From sequence record LR756501.1: a stretch of 64,000 nucleotides of DNA, one strand, 5' to 3'. The position numbers and the translations under genes were made by a program. The notes below the pieces were generated by a model. That model did no database searches and was not told the DNA's origin. It saw nothing but the letters and a program-made list of their open reading frames with translations. Numbering within the stretch: the first letter of the stretch is position 1; the number at the start of each line of letters is the position of its first letter. Below, in pieces: positions 31,093 through 41,404 of the stretch.

Positions 31093-31470
31093 TTATTGTA
31101 TAATATAATCAAATGTTATTGTATTTGAAAGTAAATCAATTGATTGGATTTTACTACCGTAAACCAAAGTGACTTTGGTTTCTGTTGAAGGAACTGCAAA
31201 TTTTAAAGTGTAATCATTAGCCATAAATAATAAATCTTTGTAATATGTTGTATCACCAACAGATGATTTAACATAAAGAGTATTAATTATAGAAGGATTA
31301 ATGTCTTTCATTCCAACTATATTTAACGTAATTTCTTTTGACGTTTTCCAATCAAAAGTAGGACTAGCAACCAATTCCTTTGTAGTATTTGTATCTGGCT
31401 CAACAGTTTCAAATTTTCTACAAGAAGAAAACGATACTAACAATAAAATAATAAATAATAGTTTTTTCAT
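31093..31470 (-). CDS. lipoprotein
   Basis: MKKLLFIILLLVSFSSC lipobox; FDWKT motif. Confidence 0.75.
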   Translation of the reverse strand: MKKLLFIILLLVSFSSCRKFETVEPDTNTTKELVASPTFDWKTSKEITLNIVGMKDINPSIINTLYVKSSVGDTTYYKDLLFMANDYTLKFAVPSTETKVTLVYGSKIQSIDLLSNTITFDYIIQ

Positions 31471-31531
31471 TTCAACGTGTTTTAGTTTCTATTATATATT
31501 AATAGAATAACACGGAGTTTAGGGGCAAAAC

Positions 31532-31569
31532 AAAAACCTGGAATGTAACTATCTACATTCCAGGTTTTT
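31532..31569. terminator. intrinsic terminator
   Basis: AAAAACCTGGAATGTA-ACTATC-TACATTCCAGGTTTTT, 16-bp stem. Confidence 0.85.
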
Positions 31570-31622
31570 ATGTAAAGATTAATAAGTAAGTGCCACTACT
31601 AAGTTAGTAAGTGTGTCCTTTT

Positions 31623-32297
31623 TTAGAGTTTTAGTTTTTCTGATACCAGTATGAGTTTTTCAATATCTTGTTCACATTTAGCGATAATAGACTTCTTGTC
31701 TCCTTTGCCCCAGAAATATTCGTGAACATCAGTGCCTTCCATAATTTTTTTAGATATAGGAATATCTAATTCGTACAATACTTCGTCGAGGGATGAAGAT
31801 GTTTTACCTATACCTTTCCATATTTCTGATATATCAGTTATACTTATTTCCCACGGCTTAACGTTAACAAAATTAAGACAAAGAGGTACGTCAATTTCGT
31901 ATTTGTACATCTTTTTAATTATCCAAGGTAGATCAAACATTTTGATATTAAACCCACAAGGAACTCTTCTTGACTGACCAGCTCTATTAAAGACTTTGGC
32001 TATTCTTCTCATCATGACTTCTTCATCGTCTTCAACGATAGTCATTATTTTCTTGGCTTCGTCGTTGAACATTCCGAAAGACATACATATAATTTTACCA
32101 AATTCAGGTAATAGAGGAGCTTTGTCTATATAAAGTTCATCTATTGGTTTGTTCCAATCTGCGTCAAATCTTTTCATTGACTCACATTTCTTAATGAACA
32201 AATCATAACCTCTTTCATCATCTAATTTGAGATCAAATACAGATTGAGATTTAGAGGTTGTTTCTATATCAAAGAAAAAAAAGTTTTTATAACTCAT
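31623..32297 (-). CDS. PolB-related 3'-5' exonuclease (DnaQ-like)
   Basis: FFDIET, PEFGKIICMSFG, GFNIKMFDLP, CEQD. Confidence 0.85.
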   Translation of the reverse strand: MSYKNFFFFDIETTSKSQSVFDLKLDDERGYDLFIKKCESMKRFDADWNKPIDELYIDKAPLLPEFGKIICMSFGMFNDEAKKIMTIVEDDEEVMMRRIAKVFNRAGQSRRVPCGFNIKMFDLPWIIKKMYKYEIDVPLCLNFVNVKPWEISITDISEIWKGIGKTSSSLDEVLYELDIPISKKIMEGTDVHEYFWGKGDKKSIIAKCEQDIEKLILVSEKLKL

Positions 32298-32484
32298 ACG
32301 CTAGTTCCCAGTATTTATCTTCCACCATATCAATATAACATTCTTTACCTGTATCTACGAGAACATCACCATCCCCAAAGATATAGTCGTCAACAAACAT
32401 ATGATAAGGTAGATATTCTAAATTTCCTATCAAATTTTTACCAACGATTCTTACGTTACTTACGTCTATTCTTAACATTTCCAT
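32287..32484 (-). CDS. hypothetical protein
   Basis: 65-aa ORF. Confidence 0.5.
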   Translation of the reverse strand: MEMLRIDVSNVRIVGKNLIGNLEYLPYHMFVDDYIFGDGDVLVDTGKECYIDMVEDKYWELAYEL

Positions 32485-32487
32485 TAA

Positions 32488-33168
32488 TTAAAAATAAATT
32501 AATCTTGTTTGTTTATTTTTTATTATTTCTGTATATTCTTTCAAGGATAAAACACTGCAAGTTTTTTTAAACTTCATCATAATATCACTTACTAAATGCA
32601 CTATACTTCTAGCGAAAGGAGATTCTTCGTACCTATCCATAACGATTATGAAAGAATCTTTGCTATAATCGTAACAAATATCTGCGTTCTTAGAGTATTT
32701 GACTCTTATATCTCTTAATTTATCTTTGATATACTTACCAATCTTTTTAATACTTGGATTTATATTTGAATTTCTAAGATCAATAACCGCTATATTTTTC
32801 TTCTTATTCAGATATTCTTTAATCTTTTTTTGTACTTCCTGTTTATTAATAGGTGATTTTTCCCAACTCTTCTTTTTTAAATCATAAATCTCACCGTACC
32901 TGATCTCCTTTACAGCAATATCTCTACACTTATCCATGTGTTGTAGATATCTCAGAGTAATTATTAAATCCTCTTCATTTAAATTTTGGAGTTTCATGTT
33001 GAAAATACAAGAGCTGCGGGATATAATAGCTCTACCATCATTACTAATTTTACCCAATTTTCCTAAAGATGTATTAATCTTAAATTTGGCATTTTTCATC
33101 TTTACTGCAAGCTCCATAATAGCGTCAGTAATAGATTCTTTCTCAATGTGGTCAAAATTATACTTCAT
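32488..33168 (-). CDS. hypothetical protein
   Basis: 226-aa ORF downstream of a TATATTTG promoter. Confidence 0.55.
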   Translation of the reverse strand: MKYNFDHIEKESITDAIMELAVKMKNAKFKINTSLGKLGKISNDGRAIISRSSCIFNMKLQNLNEEDLIITLRYLQHMDKCRDIAVKEIRYGEIYDLKKKSWEKSPINKQEVQKKIKEYLNKKKNIAVIDLRNSNINPSIKKIGKYIKDKLRDIRVKYSKNADICYDYSKDSFIIVMDRYEESPFARSIVHLVSDIMMKFKKTCSVLSLKEYTEIIKNKQTRLIYF

Positions 33169-33220
33169 TTGGGCATTTTGTTGGTAAGCAAATATACCAC
33201 AAATTTTTATATAAATAAAA

Positions 33221-33592
33221 TTATTTTAAATATTTATTTAGAACATCCATAACCACTTCTCTATCAAATGGTTTACATAGAACGTCGTCAAATTGAAATT
33301 CTTTGGTCATGTCTATGTTTTCACATAACATTTTTTCACCTGTTTCTAATATGATAGGCATATTAGGTTTTATTCCTCTAATTTCGTTGGTAATGAGAAT
33401 ACCATTTTTATAAGGGAGTTTATAATCAACTAAAGCTATATCTATATTTTTAGTCTTAACTATATCAATGGCGTCTTCACCCGTTTTACTAACATAGATT
33501 TTCACCTTGGAACTTTTAAGAATTCCCTTGATTAATTTTATTATATCATCATCATCTTCAACCAGTAACAATACAACTTTCTTTTTTAACAT
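33221..33592 (-). CDS. single-domain response regulator (receiver)
   Basis: LLVEDD, LVDYKLP..NG, ILETG, LCKPF. Confidence 0.9.
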   Translation of the reverse strand: MLKKKVVLLLVEDDDDIIKLIKGILKSSKVKIYVSKTGEDAIDIVKTKNIDIALVDYKLPYKNGILITNEIRGIKPNMPIILETGEKMLCENIDMTKEFQFDDVLCKPFDREVVMDVLNKYLK

Positions 33593-33643
33593 ATACCTTT
33601 AGTTTTTTCTGGTATATATTAAAAAAGAAAATGTTAATTTTTA

Positions 33644-34195
33644 TTAGATATGAGCTGCTCCAAGATAACCGAAAACTCCAAAGACTTTTAATAGCCATAT
33701 TATTACGACTACTACTGCTACTATATTTACGATTTTTTTGATTTTGCCATCCATTGGGATGTAAGTGTTAACAAGCCATAATAGAAGACCTACTACGACC
33801 AATACGATGATAATTGTTAATATCGACATAATGTTTATCTTATATATCAATATAAGATAAACATTATGTCGATATTTTTTCACATATTTCAAATTCACAC
33901 CGTTACCAATTTTACCCCAATGTCTGATAGGTTCCTTAATCTTCACAAATCCTTTACTTAAAAGGTAGGGAAGAATTTTCTTATTTATCAAAGCAATATA
34001 AACAATTTCACCTGATTTAACTTCATCTTCCAAGAATTTTTCAAATAGAGTTTTAAAAATTCCTTTTCCTCTATGTGCTGAATCAGTATGACTGCCCATA
34101 AGTACGTGAACTCCATCATCATACATACGATACATCACGTAACCACGTCCATGAGGGTCAGTCATTTTGTCGTCAAAATAATTTACGTCTTCCAT
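33644..34195 (-). CDS. apparent fusion: GNAT-like protein plus small two-TM membrane protein (own ATG at 33829)
   Basis: HTDSAHRGKGIFKTL acetyl-CoA motif; C-terminal MSILTIIIVLVVVGLLLWLVNTYIPMDGKIKKI resembling Thivi_2564-type proteins; junction is a 27-bp palindrome. Confidence 0.6.
   Translation of the reverse strand: MEDVNYFDDKMTDPHGRGYVMYRMYDDGVHVLMGSHTDSAHRGKGIFKTLFEKFLEDEVKSGEIVYIALINKKILPYLLSKGFVKIKEPIRHWGKIGNGVNLKYVKKYRHNVYLILIYKINIMSILTIIIVLVVVGLLLWLVNTYIPMDGKIKKIVNIVAVVVVIIWLLKVFGVFGYLGAAHI
33819..33876. repeat. perfect 27-bp inverted repeat with 4-nt loop
   Basis: AATATCGACATAATGTTTATCTTATAT-atca-ATATAAGATAAACATTATGTCGATATT. Confidence 0.95.
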
Positions 34196-34201
34196 TTTAT
34201 T

Positions 34202-35119
34202 TTACATTAGTGTACTTTTATTTGGGTCCTGAATATCAATGGTTATAACTTTAACTTCAGGCAACTCCTTGAAAATATCAATTTTAATTTGTTCAAAATG
34301 ATCTTCTATATCATATCCAGTGGCGTCATCGTCTATATCTACTGATATAACAACTAGATATTTATTATTACCAATAGCCATAGTTTTAACAGCGTTAATA
34401 TGTTCAACTATATCGTATTCGTGAATGATACCCTTAATCTTAGCTCTTGATTCTCTTGGCATACTTTCACCTACAATAAGTTTTCTAATTTCGTTGGCTA
34501 GAGTGTGAGAAATAGATAATAACAATAATCCAACACAAATTGAACCAAAAGCGTCAAAAATTGGATTAAATAAAGATAATACAGTTGTAATAACAACAAC
34601 TATAAGACCAGCTAGAGCAGCAAAGTCTTCCAGAAGAACAACAATTAGATTAGTATCTGTTGAATTTCTAATACCGTGAAAGAAGTTTTCCTTTGAATTC
34701 TTTTTAAATTCTTTATAAGCTACAGAAAAAGATTTAGCTTCAATTCCTATTGATACCAATAATATTACAAATATCAAATATATATTATGTATTGGTTCAG
34801 GATTGTAAATCTTATGAATACCCTCATATATAGAGAAAATACCACCACCAACAAATAAAAGCCCAGCAACCAATAAAGCCCAATAAAAAGATTCCCTTTC
34901 GTGACCAAAAGGATGTGCTTCAGTTGGTTCTTTCTGAGATCTTTTATTACCAATTAAAAGAAATACCTGATTAAGAGTATCTGCTGCAGAATGTATAGAT
35001 TCAGCCATCATAGCAGCACTACTTGTTAACATCGCAGCAGTGAATTTTATCATAGCTATAAGAGCGTTACCACCTAAAGCGTAGAACACTGCCACCATTG
35101 AACCATTATTATTCGACAT
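34202..35119 (-). CDS. cation diffusion facilitator transporter
   Basis: AESIHSAADTLNQ, HPFGH, EDFAAL, FDAFGS; six TM segments. Confidence 0.92.
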   Translation of the reverse strand: MSNNNGSMVAVFYALGGNALIAMIKFTAAMLTSSAAMMAESIHSAADTLNQVFLLIGNKRSQKEPTEAHPFGHERESFYWALLVAGLLFVGGGIFSIYEGIHKIYNPEPIHNIYLIFVILLVSIGIEAKSFSVAYKEFKKNSKENFFHGIRNSTDTNLIVVLLEDFAALAGLIVVVITTVLSLFNPIFDAFGSICVGLLLLSISHTLANEIRKLIVGESMPRESRAKIKGIIHEYDIVEHINAVKTMAIGNNKYLVVISVDIDDDATGYDIEDHFEQIKIDIFKELPEVKVITIDIQDPNKSTLM

Positions 35120-35179
35120 TTTTCTATATTTTTTACAAATATAGTAATAATTTTTAAATGTAAAAAAATAAATTAAATA

Positions 35180-35449
35180 TTATTCATTCCAAATCTCTTC
35201 ACCATATGGATCTGATGGTGAAAAAACACGAACAGCTTCTTCGAAAGGATTATTCATTATTCCTCTACGAATCTCTTGATAAGGCGGCACTAGACTTGAA
35301 TAATCATAATCTAGACTTACAAATCCAGGATTAGGTTTTTGATCAAGAATCTTTCTACACCTATCACAAGCCAATGTTACGACAGGATCATGCGGATACC
35401 AGTCTTTTATAACATTTTTATGACCAAATATTGAACAAAGTAAATTCAT
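35180..35449 (-). CDS. hypothetical protein with C-terminal DPYGEEIW motif
   Basis: CSIFGH...CDRC; SDPYGEEIWNE. Confidence 0.6.
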   Translation of the reverse strand: MNLLCSIFGHKNVIKDWYPHDPVVTLACDRCRKILDQKPNPGFVSLDYDYSSLVPPYQEIRRGIMNNPFEEAVRVFSPSDPYGEEIWNE

Positions 35450-35450
35450 A

Positions 35451-37685
35451 TTATTTGTTTATAAATAATAACTGCCCGTCCTTTACATCTACAAAAATTG
35501 CGTTATCTTTCATAACCTTATCTTCTAACATTAGTCCAGAAAGCACATTGATAACCTTCTCCTGAATTACCCTTTTAACAGGTCTCGCCCCAAACTGAGG
35601 ATCATATCCCCACTCAGCAATCTGTTTCAAAGCTTCCTCAGAAGCATTCATATCTATACCATTCTTCTTTAACATCTTCATTATACCATTAAACTGCATC
35701 TTAACAATATCCAAGATTTCACTCTTAGTGAGTGGTTGAAAAACAATAGTCTCATCAATTCTATTAAGAAGTTCAGGCCTAATTGTTCTCCTTAACATCG
35801 CAATAACTTCTTCTTTCGTTTTCTTTATAACATCGTTCCTTGTTTCATCAGTCATTCCTTGCATGTTAGACTGAATAATATTTGAACCAAGATTAGAAGT
35901 CATTACTATAATAGTATTCTTAAAATCAACAAGATAACCTTTATTGTCTGTTAATCTACCATCATCTAATACCTGTAAAAGTGTATTAAAGACATCAGGA
36001 TGGGACTTCTCTATTTCATCAAGGAGAACTACACTATAAGGTTTTCTCTTCACTGCTTCAGTAAGTTGTCCACCTTCTTCATATCCAACGTAACCTGGAG
36101 CAGACCCAATAAGTTTACTAGCCGAACTCTTATCTTGATATTCAGACATATCAATTCTAACCATAGAATTTTCGTCGTTGAAAAGGAATTCAGCCAAAGC
36201 CTTAGCCAATTCCGTCTTTCCGACACCTGTGGTGCCAAGGAATATAAATGAACCGATAGGTTTCTTTGGATCTTGAAGTCCAGTTCTACTTCTACGAATA
36301 GCATCTGAAACTGCTTTAATAGCTTCATTCTGTCCAATAACCCTCTTGTGTAATTCTTTTTCAAGGTTTACAAGTCTTTCTTTTTCACTACCTTTTAATT
36401 TATTAACAGGAATTTGACTTACATCAGATACAACAATAGCAATTTGATCAGCGTCAACTACTTTTTCTTTTGCTTCAGCATCCAATTTTAATTTAGAAGA
36501 CGCTTCATCGAGAATATCAATAGCTTTATCAGGTAAAAACCTATTAGAAATATAACGTTTAGAAAGTTCAACTGCAGCAACCACAGCTTCATCTTTAATA
36601 GTTACTTTATGGAAAGTTTCATACTTGCCTTTCAGACCCATCAATATGGCAATGGCTTCATCAACTGTTGGTTCTTCGATGGTAACAGTTTGGAATCTAC
36701 GTTCGAATGATTTATCCTGCTCGAAATATTTATGGTATTCTTTGGTAGTGGTAGCACCAATAACTAACAACTCACCTCTTGATAAAAGAGGTTTAAGAAT
36801 ATCAGCACCATCCATCGAACCTTCACCACCATTAGTGCCAATGAGGCTATGAATCTCATCAATAAAAAGAATAATCTCACCGTTGGAAGCAATAATTTCG
36901 TTAAAAACGCCTTTAAGTCTTTCTTCGAATTCCCCTTTATATTTAGCACCAGATACAATATTTGTGAGGTCAAGTGAATAGATTTGTTTAGTTTTCAGAC
37001 TATCTGGAACGTCACCACTAACAATTTTATGTGCTATACCAAGAGCCACAGCAGTTTTACCAACTCCAGATTCACCTATGATAAGTGGATTGTTTTTGGT
37101 TCTCCTCGAAAGAATTTGGAGAATCCTTTTAATTTCATCGTCTCTTCCAATAACAGGATCGAGTTTACCAGCCTTTACTAATTCGTTAAGATTCCTTGTA
37201 TATTTATTGGCGGCGTTGATTGCTATATCAGCATCGGGTGAAGTGATTTTAGCGCCTTTTCTAAGATCTTCAAGTCCAGATTTAATCCCTTCAATTGTAA
37301 TCCCTTCTTTCACAAACTCTTTAGCTAAAACATCTGTTCCACCAAGAATACCCATAAGAATATGCTCAACCGATACAAACTCGTCGCCGTATTCAAGAGA
37401 ATAGGTAATAGCTCTATCTAAAGCCTGATTAGAATAAGGGGACAGGTGTTCTCTACTGATGAGATCTCTAGGATAATATTTTATAATATTATCAACTATT
37501 TTCATAAGGAGATCAACATCAACATTCATTTTCTTGAGAATGTATGGAGCAACATTATCGTCAACTAACATAATCCCTTTAAGGATATGTGAAGTTTCGA
37601 TAGATTTGTGTCCTTTAACCTGGGCAATCTCTCTAGCCTTTTGGATCGCGGTTTTTGCTTTAACTGTGAACTTTGTAAAATCCAT
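35451..37685 (-). CDS. clpB: ClpB-type Hsp100 chaperone lacking the M-domain
   Basis: Two Clp N repeats, LDPVIGRD, GESGVGKT, FLPDKAID, GTTGVGKTELAKALAEFLF, RIDMSEY, GARPVKR. Confidence 0.9.
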   Translation of the reverse strand: MDFTKFTVKAKTAIQKAREIAQVKGHKSIETSHILKGIMLVDDNVAPYILKKMNVDVDLLMKIVDNIIKYYPRDLISREHLSPYSNQALDRAITYSLEYGDEFVSVEHILMGILGGTDVLAKEFVKEGITIEGIKSGLEDLRKGAKITSPDADIAINAANKYTRNLNELVKAGKLDPVIGRDDEIKRILQILSRRTKNNPLIIGESGVGKTAVALGIAHKIVSGDVPDSLKTKQIYSLDLTNIVSGAKYKGEFEERLKGVFNEIIASNGEIILFIDEIHSLIGTNGGEGSMDGADILKPLLSRGELLVIGATTTKEYHKYFEQDKSFERRFQTVTIEEPTVDEAIAILMGLKGKYETFHKVTIKDEAVVAAVELSKRYISNRFLPDKAIDILDEASSKLKLDAEAKEKVVDADQIAIVVSDVSQIPVNKLKGSEKERLVNLEKELHKRVIGQNEAIKAVSDAIRRSRTGLQDPKKPIGSFIFLGTTGVGKTELAKALAEFLFNDENSMVRIDMSEYQDKSSASKLIGSAPGYVGYEEGGQLTEAVKRKPYSVVLLDEIEKSHPDVFNTLLQVLDDGRLTDNKGYLVDFKNTIIVMTSNLGSNIIQSNMQGMTDETRNDVIKKTKEEVIAMLRRTIRPELLNRIDETIVFQPLTKSEILDIVKMQFNGIMKMLKKNGIDMNASEEALKQIAEWGYDPQFGARPVKRVIQEKVINVLSGLMLEDKVMKDNAIFVDVKDGQLLFINK

Positions 37686-38527
37686 TATTTTTCTTTTAAA
37701 GTATCGTAATTACTATTACCAATTTTTGTCCAATTAAAATTCCTATTAAACTTGTCTTCTAGTGCCATCAATAACCTTGGAATATTTGCTTTATATAATC
37801 CAGCACAGTTTATACAACCACACTCAATTATCTTCCACTTATCATCAGTTAAACAAATATCCATTACAAAAGCGTCAGCCAACTGAAATACCTTTATCAT
37901 TTCGTTACAATAATCTATAGCCCCTTGATCAACAATATCACTATATCTTACAAAATAACCTTCTTTATAAAGAGAAGCTGTAGCTATCTTACCGTCAACG
38001 ATATAGAATCTAAATTCCTTTTGTATATTTTTGAGTCTACTAACTTGAATAAGTGTATCTTCACTAACTATGTTAGTTATTCCATTATCCTTATCACCTT
38101 TGGCGTTACGCAAGAGACGATCTCTTTCTTTTTCCCATTCCTGCATGGTATAAGGTCTTCCATTAAAAATCTTAGTGTCCAATACAGGCCTAACAAAGAA
38201 ATCACCGTTCCATTTAAAACTTTCGGATATTCTGTATATTCTTGAGTCATAATTCAATAAGTTTTCTTTGTAATATTCTTTATAAACATTAAAATCGTGA
38301 TTAGGCGTCATAAGAATTCCAGGGTACCAACCGTACTTTGGAGCAAGTCTTGCCATCTTAAGCGCACCAAAACAAAATACATTTTTTTCTTTTGTCTCAA
38401 ATTCAAAATCATCCACAAATGGAATAAGTTTAACAATCTCGTAATTAAGATCGAATCTTTCCAAGGCGTGAATAAGATCGTCCCACTCGTCTTCTCTGTA
38501 TAATCTTTCTTGTACTATGTAATACAT
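37685..38527 (-). CDS. ATP-grasp domain protein (DUF4343/R2K-like)
   Basis: FFVRP..DTK.F.G, KEFRFYIVDG, FVMDIC, IIECGCINCAGLY. Confidence 0.8.
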   Translation of the reverse strand: MYYIVQERLYREDEWDDLIHALERFDLNYEIVKLIPFVDDFEFETKEKNVFCFGALKMARLAPKYGWYPGILMTPNHDFNVYKEYYKENLLNYDSRIYRISESFKWNGDFFVRPVLDTKIFNGRPYTMQEWEKERDRLLRNAKGDKDNGITNIVSEDTLIQVSRLKNIQKEFRFYIVDGKIATASLYKEGYFVRYSDIVDQGAIDYCNEMIKVFQLADAFVMDICLTDDKWKIIECGCINCAGLYKANIPRLLMALEDKFNRNFNWTKIGNSNYDTLKEK

Positions 38528-38850
38528 AATTTTATTTTTCCCACTATATTTTTATTAAAGGAATCTAATTGATCCGCTCTAATCCAAAATTCATTATCAT
38601 CTTTACCACCAACGTTGTGAGGATCAATGTGATGAATAACTAAATACATATTATCAATTTCAAACTCTACTATAAAACCTTCTCCGTAAGCATTTACATT
38701 CCATTCGTTTATCTTTTTGGCGTAAGAAAGACTGAGAACAGGATAAAAGATTGGTTGATCTGGTAAACGTGGCGGAAATTGGGTCCAATCACTTGATATG
38801 ATAAGATCCAATTCTGCTTTATTTACTGGTCTATAAAGAGTTGTGTTCAT
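38515..38850 (-). CDS. conserved hypothetical protein (TTLYRPV...FPPRLPDQPIFYPV family)
   Basis: Recognisable family motif; function unknown. Confidence 0.7.
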   Translation of the reverse strand: MNTTLYRPVNKAELDLIISSDWTQFPPRLPDQPIFYPVLSLSYAKKINEWNVNAYGEGFIVEFEIDNMYLVIHHIDPHNVGGKDDNEFWIRADQLDSFNKNIVGKIKLCIT

Positions 38851-39188
38851 TCTTGATTTATACCATATTTATTCTGTTCTCTAATAGCTATTTTACATTT
38901 TCGTCTCAAGGAAGCTGAACCACCAAATATATCACTTAAAAGAAAATACATATATGGTAATCTTTTTTCTACTTGCTTTATATAAATATTAACTTTACGG
39001 AAATCATCGAGTTCTGGACATTGTTTTCTAACATATCCTGGTATCACTTCATATTTTCCAAATTCATTTAATTTGTAACCACTAGTCTGTGACCACATTA
39101 CAACGTCATTACATAAAACTTCTTGTTTTATTCTGAGTTTTCTATGTAGTTTTATATCATCAATAATTTTCATGTTGTTCATCTTCAA
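38847..39188 (-). CDS. hypothetical protein
   Basis: 113-aa ORF. Confidence 0.5.
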   Translation of the reverse strand: MKMNNMKIIDDIKLHRKLRIKQEVLCNDVVMWSQTSGYKLNEFGKYEVIPGYVRKQCPELDDFRKVNIYIKQVEKRLPYMYFLLSDIFGGSASLRRKCKIAIREQNKYGINQE

Positions 39189-39335
39189 TAGAAATAGATA
39201 TAGTATAATATTTTATATCATTTGGAGAACCGAAATTCACACATCCTCCTACATTGGTTTCACCCAGTACAACCTTCTTATCGTCGGGTAAATCCTTTAT
39301 GAGATCTTTAATCTCTTTTATTGTTGAAACTCTAT

Positions 39336-39899
39336 TCATACGTTCTCAATTAATAATCTTCTTTGAATAATCAAATCTGCCAATTCCCTTACAAAATCAA
39401 GATTGGAAATAGAAAGAGCCATCGGAATAATATACTGTTCAGTCTGATCAAGATATTGTGCTATCTTACCAGATGTATGTGTATCTAAGTGCATATCAGT
39501 AAGATTACTGATTCTATCAGCACATTTCAAAATTTTAGCCCTCTCTGAACCAGTTTCTAAAATTCTTTTAAGATAGTCAGCCTTAGGCTCTTCTTTACTT
39601 TTAGATACTTCTTTCACCAAATCGATAACTGCCTGACCGTCACCATCTAAATTACGAATAGCATCCATTTGCTCCAATCCCCAATCTTCAAAGAGGTCGT
39701 GAAGTAAAGACGCTTTAAGTAAAACAGAATCATCGAAGTACTTGTAGTCTAACAAGATACCTAATGTTGCGAATTGGTGTCTGAATTGATTTCCACCACA
39801 TTTACGCTTCACGCCAATAAGGGTTGTTGCCTTAATGATGTAAGGAGCTAATACGAATTTGTCGAAAAATTGGTCCATATCTTTTGGATTTAAACTCAA
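39336..39899 (-). CDS. stand-alone HD-domain hydrolase, SpoT/Mesh1 (p)ppGpp hydrolase-like
   Basis: R..G.QFRH, ASLLHDLFED, LVKEVSK, KCADRISNL. Confidence 0.8.
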   Translation of the reverse strand: MSLNPKDMDQFFDKFVLAPYIIKATTLIGVKRKCGGNQFRHQFATLGILLDYKYFDDSVLLKASLLHDLFEDWGLEQMDAIRNLDGDGQAVIDLVKEVSKSKEEPKADYLKRILETGSERAKILKCADRISNLTDMHLDTHTSGKIAQYLDQTEQYIIPMALSISNLDFVRELADLIIQRRLLIENV

Positions 39900-39927
39900 A
39901 GGTAAGAAAAATTCTTCAAATAAAAAA

Positions 39928-40287
39928 TTATAAATTTAAAATATAATTGAAATAAAGCCTATCGTAATGACCGTTTTCTTTATTCTTAATTATTCTTTTT
40001 CTTACGGTATTTTCGAAATCTTTAAGGAGAGGTTCTGGTATCTTTATATTCTTTCTTTCGAAATCTTCTAATATGTCTTTCATCCTGAACTCACCATCTC
40101 CTATACCTTCACTCCACATTTTTACGTGGAGTCCCCAGCTTTTCTTTCCTATTATAACTCCTTTGAATATATTTGGTTGATTGGTAATTGTATCTTTTTT
40201 ACCGTTTTCAAAGTCTTTAAAACATTCTTTCGAACTTTTCCCTTTTGGATCACTGTGAACAATAACATCACACCCACAGAAATCCAA
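39928..40287 (-). CDS. hypothetical protein
   Basis: 119-aa ORF. Confidence 0.5.
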   Translation of the reverse strand: MDFCGCDVIVHSDPKGKSSKECFKDFENGKKDTITNQPNIFKGVIIGKKSWGLHVKMWSEGIGDGEFRMKDILEDFERKNIKIPEPLLKDFENTVRKRIIKNKENGHYDRLYFNYILNL

Positions 40288-40379
40288 TAACTTGGATCTG
40301 TAGGATTTTAAAAAGAATTCAAATACTTCATTGAATCCTTTTGAATATTTTGTGCTTTTGGCATATAATTACCCTTTCT

Positions 40380-40703
40380 TTATTTTTTTAAATTATCATT
40401 CGGATCTTCTTCACCGTCCCAAATCAAATTATCTGATGAAATAGGACCATACATACTCTCACATTTTATACCAACATAACCCATCCATTTGAGATTTAGT
40501 ATTTTAGTCATTCCTTCCTTTTGTAAGTAAATGACTCCTCTATCAACATCTTTAAATGTAAGTGGTTCTCTATCAATATAATCTATTGTAGTTTTTGTAT
40601 CATCTTCGTCAATATAAGATGTAATATCAGCAGATGAAGGAATACCAAGTATAGTCCTTGTTATTCTATTATTCTTCAGGTCTTTGAATAGTACCGTTTT
40701 CAT
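40380..40703 (-). CDS. hypothetical protein
   Basis: 107-aa ORF. Confidence 0.5.
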   Translation of the reverse strand: MKTVLFKDLKNNRITRTILGIPSSADITSYIDEDDTKTTIDYIDREPLTFKDVDRGVIYLQKEGMTKILNLKWMGYVGIKCESMYGPISSDNLIWDGEEDPNDNLKK

Positions 40704-40837
40704 TTTGTTTCTGTTTCAAATATTTTTTAACTTTCTTTCTAAATGACGCACTTGGCCAACCGTTTACATCAGCGTGGTTTTTAAATCTTTTCACCATTTC
40801 GAATAACAGTTCACTATCAATATCTTCCTGTTTCATT

Positions 40838-41398
40838 TTACTTATTTTTAGTTAACTTAATTAATTCACTCATAAATGGCATTTTTTTCAATTTATCTCT
40901 ATATTTTCTTATTTGAAAATGATGCCAAACACCTATCGATAAAGCCCATCTATATTCTGAATCTTCAAAATATTTTGTTAGATTGCCACTTGTCTTTAAT
41001 TTATCGTTAAACTCGTTGATGATAATTCCACCTTTTTCGTAATTATCGACTAGTGTTACCCAATCTTTTACTTGTCTTCCTGTTACTGGACTTATGACGT
41101 AATTGAATTCTTCGACTGTTTCTAAATCTTCTTCTACTATTGTTTTATCGTAGAAAGGAAGAGCTGCACCGTGTAAATATTCAGAGTAAGATTTAATTCT
41201 CTTATCTGTAATGGTTTCGTCTTTTTGAACTTCGATAATGAAAGCAAAGAGTTCTTTAAAGGGAATCTCTTCACTCTCATCGTCGAATCTTTTATCTAGA
41301 ATAGATGCGTAATTTTCAAGTTTTAAGATTAAATCAGCTTCATATTCTGTGCTACCTTGTGATATAAGGTATTCTCTTTTGTTTGTGTTGTAATTCAT
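40838..41398 (-). CDS. hypothetical protein
   Basis: 186-aa ORF. Confidence 0.55.
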   Translation of the reverse strand: MNYNTNKREYLISQGSTEYEADLILKLENYASILDKRFDDESEEIPFKELFAFIIEVQKDETITDKRIKSYSEYLHGAALPFYDKTIVEEDLETVEEFNYVISPVTGRQVKDWVTLVDNYEKGGIIINEFNDKLKTSGNLTKYFEDSEYRWALSIGVWHHFQIRKYRDKLKKMPFMSELIKLTKNK

Positions 41399-41404
41399 CT
41401 TGTT

